Source of the DNA: Actinomycetota bacterium
GTDB taxonomy: Bacteria; Actinomycetota; Acidimicrobiia; Acidimicrobiales; UBA10347
Direction of reading: 5' to 3'
DNA: 64,000 nucleotides
NCBI GenBank assembly: GCA_039028435.1
Contig: JBCCIC010000007.1
Location: 169,155-233,154, forward strand
Shown: piece after piece, positions 56,186-64,000 of the stretch
How positions within the stretch are numbered: the stretch's first letter is position 1
Layout: each line of letters begins with the position of its first letter
Translations under genes and position numbers: made by a program
The notes under the pieces: generated by a model
Told to the model about the DNA's origin: nothing
Databases searched by the model: none
Seen by the model: the letters and a program-made list of their open reading frames with translations, nothing else

Positions 56186-57666
56186 GACTCGTCGCTCGCC
56201 CAGTCGAGGGAGCGCTCGACGGCCCGCTTCCAGTCGGCATACCCGCTGCTGCGGTCGACGGTCGCGTCGGGCTCGAACGACCGATCGAGCTGCCAGGCCG
56301 CTTGGACGGCATCGGGCGAGTCCCAGAACCCCTCGGCGATACCTGCAAGATACGCGGCGCCCATGACCGTGGTTTGCTGGTTGGCCGGACGTTCGACCGG
56401 CACGCCAAGTTGGTCGGCCTGCATCTGGCACAGGGTGTCCATCACCGATGCTCCGCCGTCGACGCGCAACCGCGAGATCGTGGTGGTGGCGGATGCCCCC
56501 ATGGCATCGACGACATCTCGGGTCTGATACGCCATCGCCTCGATCACCGCTCGGGCCATCTCCGGCCGGCCGGTGCCGCGAGTGATGCCGACGATCGTGC
56601 CGCGAGCGTTCGGATCCCACCAGGGACTGCCGAGGCCGGTAAGTGCCGGGACGAACATCACGCCACCGGTGTTGTCGCATTGCAAGGCGAGCGGTTCGAG
56701 TTCGGGCGCCTCGTCGATGATGTTGAGCCCATCGCGCAACCACTGCACCGCCGCTCCCGTCACAAAGATCGCACCCTCAGCGCAGTAGGTGGTCGGTTGG
56801 CCCGGCAACGTCCAGGCAACCGAGGTGAGCAGGCCCTCGGTCGGTGCGGGGCGGTCAGCGCCGAGATTCATCAGCACGAATGAGCCGGTGCCGTAGGTGT
56901 TCTTGGCGTCGCCAGGGGAGAAGCAGGCCTGGCCGAACAGCGCCGCCTGCTGGTCGCCGGCAGCGCCACTGATCGGGATGCCCGCGCCGAGTGGGCAGGC
57001 GTCGGTGGTCACGCCGAAGCGACCCGAGGTCGTGCCGACATCGGGCAGGACCGCGATCGGCACGCCGAGGGCATCACACAGCTCGGCACTGAATGCCATC
57101 TCGTCGATGTCGAACAGCAGCGTGCGCGACGCATTGCTCGGCTCGGTGACGTGGGCGGCGCCGCCGGTCAGTTTGTAGATGAGCCAGGTGTCGATCGTCC
57201 CGACGGCGGTGTTCTCGATCGGCACACCGGCTTCCTCGAACAACCAGGCGATCTTGGTTCCGCTGAAGTATGGGTCGAGGACCAGCCCCGTCCGCTGTCG
57301 GAACAGGTCGAGATGGCCGGCTTCCTCGAGTGCCCGGCACCGGGCTGCGGTGCGCCGGTCCTGCCAGACGATGGCGTGGTGCAGCGGCTCGCCGGTCGTG
57401 CGATCCCAAGCGACCACGGTTTCGCGCTGGTTTGTGATGCCGATAGTGGCCACCGGGCCCGCATCGGTGATCATCGTGCCGAGCTCGGCGAGCGTGGTGA
57501 GCGTGGTCTGCCAGATCTCCTCGGCGTCGTGTTCGACCCATCCCGGCTGCGGGAAGTGCTGGGTGAACTCTCGGTAGGAGAACGAGATGATGTTTCCCGA
57601 CTGGTCGATGGCGGCCGAACGGATCCCCGTCGTGCCGGCGTCGATTGCGATCACGATGCCACTCAC
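56182..57666 (-). CDS. glpK: Glycerol kinase
   Basis: IAIDAGTTGIRS...FPQPGWVEHDAEEIW...GITNQRET is present, and the full ~494-aa FGGY kinase layout is seen. Confidence 0.9.
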   Translation of the reverse strand: MSGIVIAIDAGTTGIRSAAIDQSGNIISFSYREFTQHFPQPGWVEHDAEEIWQTTLTTLAELGTMITDAGPVATIGITNQRETVVAWDRTTGEPLHHAIVWQDRRTAARCRALEEAGHLDLFRQRTGLVLDPYFSGTKIAWLFEEAGVPIENTAVGTIDTWLIYKLTGGAAHVTEPSNASRTLLFDIDEMAFSAELCDALGVPIAVLPDVGTTSGRFGVTTDACPLGAGIPISGAAGDQQAALFGQACFSPGDAKNTYGTGSFVLMNLGADRPAPTEGLLTSVAWTLPGQPTTYCAEGAIFVTGAAVQWLRDGLNIIDEAPELEPLALQCDNTGGVMFVPALTGLGSPWWDPNARGTIVGITRGTGRPEMARAVIEAMAYQTRDVVDAMGASATTTISRLRVDGGASVMDTLCQMQADQLGVPVERPANQQTTVMGAAYLAGIAEGFWDSPDAVQAAWQLDRSFEPDATVDRSSGYADWKRAVERSLDWASDES

Positions 57667-57732
57667 GGCCTGCGACGCTAGCAGGGGGTGTCATGGCGAG
57701 ATCGGCGATGTTCTGCCCAGGGCTGCCTTGGG

Positions 57733-59046
57733 TCAGGGCTCCGGTGTCGGCGTTGGCGTGGGGACCACCGTCGGGGTTGCGGCATCGGATGGCGCGTCTG
57801 CGGATGACGCGTCGGATGGCGCGGTGCCGGCATCCCCATCGTCCTGGTCTGTCGTGGGAGCGGCCTCGGCCGGCGTGGGCGTCGGAGTAGGAGTCGGCGT
57901 TGTTGTCTCGGCGGCGTCATCGATGGCCGGAAGGAGGTCGACGAAGTCGTCGCGAGTGACCGGTACACCCGGTCCGGCAACGCCGTTGTCGGTCAGGAAC
58001 TGCCGATCCTCACCGTCGAAGGTGAACTGCACCGAGTCGATCCCGTCGACCTCGGTCAGGGTGAACACGACCTGCGCCACGGCGAGCCGAAGCTCGTAGT
58101 CGGAGGTGCCCTGCACGACCTCGGGGGACAGGTTGACGAAAGCCAGCCGAGCGCCGTCGTCGACGTCGGGGATGATGGCGTTGGCACCGGAGGAGACCTC
58201 GGACCGATACCCGATGTCCTTCTCGCCCTCGTCCGGGCCGAGAATCAAGCTGGCCAGGACGCCTTCGGGTGACGACACCACGGATCGTGTGGTGTCGATG
58301 AGATGGTCATCAGGGCCGATCAGCCAGATGCGCACGATGACTCGCTCGCCGAGGTCGTCGAGGGGCGAGGTGGCTGCAGGAACCGTGGGGGTCGGCGTGG
58401 CGACCGGCGGCGTGTCGAACTCGTCCTCGGTGCCGAAGCTTCGCGGCGCGCTTCGCACCAGCGACAGGAAGTCGATCGGGCTGACGAACTCGCCGGGTGC
58501 GGTATCGCCGGCATCGGCCGGTACGGCCAACGGTGTACCGCCGAGCGTGAAGGCGACCTCGTTGTAGCCGGGCAGCGCGGCGAGGGAGTACACCATCTGG
58601 ACCAGGGCGAGCTTCCGCTCGCCGCCGACATTGCTCTGCAGGCTCCCGTCGGTCAGGTTGACCCGCAACCGTCCGCTCTCGGGGAACGCATCGATCGACG
58701 AGTAGGACGTCTCGCGCTCGTTGATTGCCGAGGTGATGCCGCGCTCGCGCTCGGCGGGGTCGGTGCCGAGCAGCAGCGAGTTCATGACACCCTCGGGGGT
58801 CAGGGTGATCTCTCGGGCCACGGTGCTCAGGCGGTTGTCGTCGCCGATCATGTAGATCTGGAACAGCAAGGCGTCGGCGGCCGGGACGGGTGTCGGCGGA
58901 GCGTTGTCGGTCAGGTCGATCGGCAGGTCCCCAATCGGCTGTGGCGAGTCGTCGAGGGCGATGCCGCAACCCGCCGCCAGCAGAAGCAGGGTCAGGAGCG
59001 TCGCAAGGCACCCGCGCGGACACGGGTTCATCGGTTGAGCGGTCAT
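57733..59046 (-). CDS. lpqB: LpqB-like lipoprotein (two GerMN-type domains) of the MtrAB-LpqB module
   Basis: The lipobox is LLLLAAGC. The start overlaps the mtrB stop (ATGA). It occupies the third position after the RR and HK genes. The tail is Thr/Pro-rich (TPTPTPTPTP). Confidence 0.7.
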   Translation of the reverse strand: MTAQPMNPCPRGCLATLLTLLLLAAGCGIALDDSPQPIGDLPIDLTDNAPPTPVPAADALLFQIYMIGDDNRLSTVAREITLTPEGVMNSLLLGTDPAERERGITSAINERETSYSSIDAFPESGRLRVNLTDGSLQSNVGGERKLALVQMVYSLAALPGYNEVAFTLGGTPLAVPADAGDTAPGEFVSPIDFLSLVRSAPRSFGTEDEFDTPPVATPTPTVPAATSPLDDLGERVIVRIWLIGPDDHLIDTTRSVVSSPEGVLASLILGPDEGEKDIGYRSEVSSGANAIIPDVDDGARLAFVNLSPEVVQGTSDYELRLAVAQVVFTLTEVDGIDSVQFTFDGEDRQFLTDNGVAGPGVPVTRDDFVDLLPAIDDAAETTTPTPTPTPTPAEAAPTTDQDDGDAGTAPSDASSADAPSDAATPTVVPTPTPTPEP

Positions 59047-60488
59047 TCGTCGACCACCACCCCAGGAAGCGTCACGATGAATCGGGCACCGAGCAGGCCA
59101 TCGACGCGATCGGCCACATGGATCGTCCCACCGTGGAGCCGCAAGTGCTCGACGACCAGCGAGAGGCCGAGACCGACGCCCGTGCCGCTCCCGCGGCGTC
59201 CGCCCTCGCTTCCGCGAGCGAATCGCTCGAAGATGAGCTCTCGCTCATCGATCGGCACGCCGGGGCCCTCGTCCTCCAGCTCGATGCGCACGCCGCCCTG
59301 ACCGTCGTCGGCGGGGTCGAGGCCGATCCGCGCCTGGGTCACACCTTCGGCGTACTTGTCCGCGTTCTCGCTGAGGTTTCGGATCACTTGTGCGATCCTG
59401 CGCTTGTCGATGTCGACGATGAGATCGTCCGCACCCGGATCATGGATGACCGGGACCTCGCGTCCGCTGGTCGCCGCCTGAAGCGCCCGAGCCACGAAGT
59501 CGGTCAGGAGGACCTCCTCGGTATCGAGCTCGACGGCGCCGACATCGAAGCGGCTGATCTCCAGCAGGTCCTCGACCAGGATCTTGAATCGTCGGATGTC
59601 CGCGGTCAAGAGATCGAGGGCCACCTTGGCACGCTCAGGCATCTCTTCGCGACGCTTCTCCAGCACCGCAACCGACCCGGTCAGCGTCATCAACGGAGAC
59701 CGAAGTTCGTGGCTGACATCGCTCGCAAAGCGTGAATCCCGCTCGATGCGCTCCTGGAGCGCGCTCGTCATCGCATTGAACGAACTCACGAGACGGCCGA
59801 TGTCGGGGTCGGGTACCTCGTCGAGCCGCGTGTCGAGTGCACCCTCAGCGATCTGGGCCGCAGCGGCACTGACTTCGCTCACCGGTGAGAACAGACGAGT
59901 GCCGATGTAGATGCCGAACGCGATGCCGAGGATGGTGGTGACCGCGGACGCACCCAGCAGCGTCGCCAACAGACTGTCGAGGGTTCCGGTGACGTCCTGC
60001 AGCGAGGTCGCCTGGACATAGATCGCGTTGGCCTCGGCGTTGGGCAAGGGATAGCCGACGGCATAGAACGGGCCGTCACCGACGTCGAACTGCATTACCG
60101 CCGGCATGCCGTCCTCGAAGGCGTCGACCAACTCATCGGGCAGCGACGACTGGGTGAAGCGGAGGGCTCCGGCGGCCTGGCCCGGGCTCAGGGTGTCGAC
60201 CCACTCCCAGCCGTCGTTGTACAGCAGGCCCTGGGCGGTGTCATCGGGCGTGACGTTGGCAGCCAGCAGGCCGCCGAAGCGGGCTCGATCGGTCTCCGGA
60301 GTCAAGCGGTCGTTGAGGTCTCGCGCGTTGCGGAGCGCGGTGGTCTGGGCGAATTCGGTGCGGCGCTCGATCAGGTTGGCGCTCGTCAAGGAGTACGTAA
60401 CCGCCGACAGCACCAGCGACAGCAGCAGTGCGCCCACGCCGAACGAGACGATCACTCGGGCACGAAGGCCGAATCGCCGCGGCATCAT
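59043..60488 (-). CDS. mtrB: Sensor histidine kinase MtrB
   Basis: It has two TM helices, a HAMP domain, an H-box (FASDVSHELRSPL) and a G-box (GTGVGLGLSLV). It lies immediately downstream of the OmpR-type RR. Confidence 0.8.
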   Translation of the reverse strand: MMPRRFGLRARVIVSFGVGALLLSLVLSAVTYSLTSANLIERRTEFAQTTALRNARDLNDRLTPETDRARFGGLLAANVTPDDTAQGLLYNDGWEWVDTLSPGQAAGALRFTQSSLPDELVDAFEDGMPAVMQFDVGDGPFYAVGYPLPNAEANAIYVQATSLQDVTGTLDSLLATLLGASAVTTILGIAFGIYIGTRLFSPVSEVSAAAAQIAEGALDTRLDEVPDPDIGRLVSSFNAMTSALQERIERDSRFASDVSHELRSPLMTLTGSVAVLEKRREEMPERAKVALDLLTADIRRFKILVEDLLEISRFDVGAVELDTEEVLLTDFVARALQAATSGREVPVIHDPGADDLIVDIDKRRIAQVIRNLSENADKYAEGVTQARIGLDPADDGQGGVRIELEDEGPGVPIDERELIFERFARGSEGGRRGSGTGVGLGLSLVVEHLRLHGGTIHVADRVDGLLGARFIVTLPGVVVDE

Positions 60489-60517
60489 CGATGGCTACGT
60501 CAAGAAGGCGGCCGTGG

Positions 60518-61198
60518 CTACGGCACCAGCTTGTAGCCGAGTCCTCGAACGGTGACGACGTAGCGGGGGTCTGCCGGATCGGGCTCGATCTTGGTGCGCA
60601 AGCGGCGCACGTGCACGTCGACGAGGCGGCCGTCGCCGAAGTAGTCGTAGCCCCAGACCTTCTCGAGGAGCGTCTCGCGGCTGAAGACCTTGCCGGGACC
60701 GCTGGCCAGCTCGACCAACAGCTTGAATTCGGTCTTGGTCAGGTGCACCTGATCACCGCGGAGTAGGACGACGCCCTCGTCGGGGCTGACTTCGAGCTCG
60801 CCGAAAGTCATGGCCATCGTGTCGGTGGCCTGCGACCGCGAACGGCGAAGAAGCGCCCGGATGCGAGCGCTCAACTCTTTGGGCTCGAACGGTTTGGTGA
60901 GGTAGTCGTCGGCGCCGGCTTCGAGCCCGGCCACGACATCGTGGGTATCGCTGCGAGCGGTGACCATGATGATCGGCACATCGGTGGTGCGCCGGATCGA
61001 GCGGCAGACCTCGAAGCCGTTGATGCCGGGCAACATGATGTCGATCAGCACGACGTCGGCGCCTTCGGCTCGGAAGATCTCCAGCGCGTCTTCGCCACTA
61101 CCGGCTTCGAGCACGCCCCAGCCCTCGTCCTCGAGCGCCAGCTTGACGACGGTTCGGATCGAGTCGTCGTCTTCGACGGTCAGCACCCGGGTTTCCAC
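60518..61198 (-). CDS. mtrA: OmpR-family response regulator MtrA
   Basis: The receiver domain is VLTVEDDDSIR...VLIDIMLPG...TARSD...KPF and the winged-helix C-terminus is TVRGLGYKL. It is followed by the MtrB-like and LpqB-like genes. Confidence 0.8.
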   Translation of the reverse strand: METRVLTVEDDDSIRTVVKLALEDEGWGVLEAGSGEDALEIFRAEGADVVLIDIMLPGINGFEVCRSIRRTTDVPIIMVTARSDTHDVVAGLEAGADDYLTKPFEPKELSARIRALLRRSRSQATDTMAMTFGELEVSPDEGVVLLRGDQVHLTKTEFKLLVELASGPGKVFSRETLLEKVWGYDYFGDGRLVDVHVRRLRTKIEPDPADPRYVVTVRGLGYKLVP

Positions 61199-61253
61199 CC
61201 GTTCATGCTGCCCGATCGGGCGCCGAAAAGGTGGTCAATCAGCGAAAAACCGC

Positions 61254-62069
61254 CTAGACCTGGTCGGCGCCGAGCTCGCGGAGCATTGCGAAGAAGACAT
61301 CGGCGATCCCCGGGGACGCCGCGGCGATGAACGCGCGGCCCGAAGCGGCGTCGCGTTCGACGATCACGCGCCCGCCTCCCTCTCGGACCAGAAGCTCGCC
61401 GGCGGCCCAGTCCCACTCGCTGAGACCGATCTCGAAGTAGCCGTCGAGTTGCCCGGTGGCCACCGCACTGAGGTCAAGGGCCGCACTGCCCATCCGGCGG
61501 ATGTCTCGGACCCGCGGGATGAACGAGGCGAAGTGCAGTCCCTGACGCTCGCGTCGTGCGTGGTCGGGGGAGAAGCCGGTACCGATGAGCGCCTTGTCGA
61601 GTTCGGTGATGTCGCTGCACCCGGTCGTACGTCCATCGAGTCGCAGCCCGCCGCCGCTCGACGCGGCATAGCGGGCACCGATCACCGGGGCATGCACGTA
61701 GCCCGCCACCGTTTCGCCATCGACGCGAACCGCAATCGAGACGGAAAATCCGGGTAGGCCGTACACGAAGCTGGTGGTGCCGTCGATCGGATCGATGACC
61801 CAGTCGACACCCGAGGTTCCCGAAACCGACGATCCCTCCTCGCCAAGGATTCCGTCTTCGGGTCGCGCGCTGAGGATGCGACCGACGATGAGCTCCTCGC
61901 TCGCCCGGTCGACCTCCGTCACCAGATCGAGGTCGCTCGCCTTGGTGTCGATCGTGTGTGCACCGCCAACGCGATCGAGGATGAGCTCGCCGGCTTCGTC
62001 GCCGATGGTCTTGGCGAGTTCGAGCAGTTGATGGGCTGTCGGGCGGTCCGAGGTCGACGATGGCGCCAC
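61254..62069 (-). CDS. Inositol monophosphatase family protein
   Basis: Motifs are TEVDRASEE, WVIDPIDGTTSF and the C-terminal WDWAAG. Confidence 0.85.
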   Translation of the reverse strand: MAPSSTSDRPTAHQLLELAKTIGDEAGELILDRVGGAHTIDTKASDLDLVTEVDRASEELIVGRILSARPEDGILGEEGSSVSGTSGVDWVIDPIDGTTSFVYGLPGFSVSIAVRVDGETVAGYVHAPVIGARYAASSGGGLRLDGRTTGCSDITELDKALIGTGFSPDHARRERQGLHFASFIPRVRDIRRMGSAALDLSAVATGQLDGYFEIGLSEWDWAAGELLVREGGGRVIVERDAASGRAFIAAASPGIADVFFAMLRELGADQV

Positions 62070-62075
62070 GGTCGA

Positions 62076-62411
62076 TCAGTCGTCCGTAGCCGACGTCGAC
62101 TCGTCGGAAATCGGTGCGGCGTCGAGTGAACGTCGACGCTCGGTCGTCGTGTCCTGCCACTCGTCCATGGCGCGGAGGGTCAGCACCGCCACGACGGCGA
62201 CGCCGACTGAGGCGACCAGCGCCCCGACGACGAGCCCGATTCCGCGCCACGTAGTGCAGTCACCGCTGCACTGGATGTCGGCGAAGGACGTGCCGATGAG
62301 CGCTCCACACACACCGCTGATGATGACGGCGAGCACCGCCAAGGCTCGCGCTCGGCCACTCGGAAGCGCGGAGGGAACGACCGTCTGGGAGGGATCTTGA
62401 CCTGCGGCCAC
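62076..62411 (-). CDS. Small hypothetical membrane protein
   Basis: Two TM helices flank a CSGDC motif. It lies 6 nt upstream of the IMPase gene on the same strand. Confidence 0.5.
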   Translation of the reverse strand: MAAGQDPSQTVVPSALPSGRARALAVLAVIISGVCGALIGTSFADIQCSGDCTTWRGIGLVVGALVASVGVAVVAVLTLRAMDEWQDTTTERRRSLDAAPISDESTSATDD

Positions 62412-62467
62412 GGGGGTCAGGGTAGACGGACCCTGCAGCGGCTCCGCTCCCTTGCGATACTGAGAGG

Positions 62468-62980
62468 GTGCAGGACTTCACCGTCGCCTCCGGAATCATC
62501 GTCGACGGCGACCGGATGGTGTTCGTGCAGAACCGGCGACGCAACGGATCGCTCGACTGGAGCACGCCCGGTGGGGTCGTCGATCCGGGCGAAGAGGTCC
62601 TCGAGGCGCTCGGGCGAGAGGTTGTCGAGGAGACCGCCCTGCATGTCGATTCGTGGTCGCCGCTGCTCTATAGCGTCGACGTCGACTTCGTCGGGCGCGA
62701 TCTGACCTTGCACGCCGAGGTGTTTCGCGCCGAGCGCTTTCGCGGTGAACTCCACATCGACGATCCCGACCACGTCGTCGTCGACGGCCGATGGGTCGAT
62801 CACGCCGAGGCCGTCTTGCTGCTCGGACAGAGTCCGGCCTGGGTCGCAGAACCGCTCACCCATGCGTTGGCCTCGCTGTTCGGTCCAACGGCACCGCCGC
62901 CCGAGCCGGCGCACTGGCGCTACGAGGCCGTCGGAGGTTCGAAGGGGTTCACTGCGACCCGCCTCGACGGACCCGCGTGA
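62468..62980 (+). CDS. NUDIX hydrolase
   Basis: The Nudix box is GGVVDPGEEVLEALGREVVEETAL. Confidence 0.85.
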   Translation: MQDFTVASGIIVDGDRMVFVQNRRRNGSLDWSTPGGVVDPGEEVLEALGREVVEETALHVDSWSPLLYSVDVDFVGRDLTLHAEVFRAERFRGELHIDDPDHVVVDGRWVDHAEAVLLLGQSPAWVAEPLTHALASLFGPTAPPPEPAHWRYEAVGGSKGFTATRLDGPA

Positions 62981-64000
62981 ACGACCCTTCGCCGGGAACA
63001 ATCCGTTCGATTCTCCACGTCGACATGGACGCGTTCTACGCGTCGGTTGAGCTGCTGCGCCGCCCGGAGTTGCGAGGTCAGCCGGTCATCGTCGGCGGTG
63101 CCGGTCGGCGCGGCGTGGTCGCGGCCGCAAGCTACGAAGCGCGCTGGTTCGGCGTGCGGTCGGCGATGCCGTCGTCGCGAGCTCGCCGGCTCTGTCCGCA
63201 CGCCGTGTTTCTCTCGGGCGATCACGCGCACTACCGCGAGATCAGCGGGGAGATCATGGCGATCATGGCTCGCTACACCCCGTTGATCGAGCCGCTGTCG
63301 CTCGATGAGGCCTTCCTCGACGTCACGGCTGCGGACCGCCTGTTCGGTGATGGGCCCTCGATCGCGCGCCAGTTGCGGACCGCCATCCATGACGAGATCG
63401 GGTTGTGGTGTTCGGCCGGCGTTGCCACGAACAAGTTCTTGGCGAAGCTGGCCTCCGAGCAGGCGAAGCCGTCGGCCAGTAAGGCTGGACCGGTGCCGGG
63501 GGCGGGGGTCTTCGTGATCGAGCCCGGCCAGGAACGGTCGTTCCTCGACCCACTTCCGGCGCGGGCGCTCTGGGGCGTCGGCGCGGCGACGATGGCCAAA
63601 CTCGAGCGCATCGGCATCGCGAGCGTCGGCGACATCGCCGCAATCGATGTCGAGACCCTGACCGCCGCGGTCGGCAAGGCGTCGGGACGCCACCTGGCGG
63701 CTCTTTCGCGTGCAATCGATGATCGCCCGGTCGAGCCGCACCAGCGTGCGAAGTCGATGAGCCAAGAGGAAACCTACGCCTACGATCGAGTCGATCGCGA
63801 TGAACTCGATCGCGAGCTGATCCGAATGTCCGACTCGGTGGCCGGTCGACTGCGCAAGGCCGGCCTGCACGGACGCACCGTCACGATCAAGGTGCGGTTC
63901 GGCGACTTCCGAACGATCACCCGAAGCGAGACCCTGGGCACACCGACCGACACGGCGACCGTCATCTCCCGCACGGCCAAGCGACTTCTCGACGGCGTCG
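62977..64000 (+). CDS. dinB: DNA polymerase IV (Y-family), 3'-partial at the window edge
   Basis: This ORF is absent from the track because it has no stop in the window. My own translation from GTG 62977 reads MNDPSPGTIRSILHVDMDAFYASVELLRRPELRGQPVIVGG...SLDEAFLDVT...GVATNKFLAKLAS. The start overlaps the Nudix stop (GTGA). Confidence 0.9.
   Translation, partial: MNDPSPGTIRSILHVDMDAFYASVELLRRPELRGQPVIVGGAGRRGVVAAASYEARWFGVRSAMPSSRARRLCPHAVFLSGDHAHYREISGEIMAIMARYTPLIEPLSLDEAFLDVTAADRLFGDGPSIARQLRTAIHDEIGLWCSAGVATNKFLAKLASEQAKPSASKAGPVPGAGVFVIEPGQERSFLDPLPARALWGVGAATMAKLERIGIASVGDIAAIDVETLTAAVGKASGRHLAALSRAIDDRPVEPHQRAKSMSQEETYAYDRVDRDELDRELIRMSDSVAGRLRKAGLHGRTVTIKVRFGDFRTITRSETLGTPTDTATVISRTAKRLLDGV

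Overview
This is a high-G+C, densely coding chromosomal segment that looks actinobacterial. The evidence is an mtrA-mtrB-lpqB-type operon, a mycothiol-type DinB/MDMPI-fold protein, a DUF222/HNH '13E12-like' gene behind a mycobacterial-type SOS box, and a class A PBP. I support about 50 protein genes and one RNase P RNA (rnpB, minus strand). I saw no rRNA, tRNA, CRISPR array, transposase or integrase.

Most genes are housekeeping or metabolic:
- a single-chain biotin carboxylase-BCCP-carboxyltransferase
- a fused hydantoinase A/B
- GH2 and GH3 glycosidases
- amidohydrolase and M20 peptidase
- Zn-dependent alcohol dehydrogenase, GlpK, QueG, a GT4 glycosyltransferase and an aminotransferase
- an inositol monophosphatase, and a Nudix gene coupled to dinB

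Observations most worth a second look, in order of interest:
1. A TlpA/Prx-like redoxin fused to a DsbD_N-like domain is interrupted by one in-frame TGA. The TGA sits exactly at the first Cys of the W-C-P-P-C motif and is followed by a hairpin with a GGUC apical loop. This makes it a candidate selenoprotein (UxxC) that ORF callers would split.
2. Two adjacent paralogous genes encode a Wzz/PCP-like two-TM module, an acidic repeat linker and a roughly 400-aa cytoplasmic coiled coil. No polysaccharide genes are nearby.
3. Two tandemly duplicated Ser/Thr kinases have low-complexity ectodomains, including an 18-nt tandem repeat encoding (GGGGNN)n. An M6-like metalloprotease with RTX repeats follows them.
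4. A segment of about 1.8 kb with lower G+C abuts the 3' end of rnpB. It holds only a membrane-anchored pentapeptide-repeat gene and about 1 kb of apparently non-coding DNA.
5. A near-consensus LexA box lies in the divergent promoter region between the DinB-fold gene and the HNH gene.
6. A coiled-coil protein carries a C-terminal NYN-like domain.
7. The PBP1A C-terminal extension has four Cys-bracketed DxDGDGxxD loops.

All functional calls come from motifs I recognised by eye in the supplied translations. No searches were run. Many long ORFs in the six-frame track are antisense or out-of-frame artefacts of the high G+C content and were discarded.
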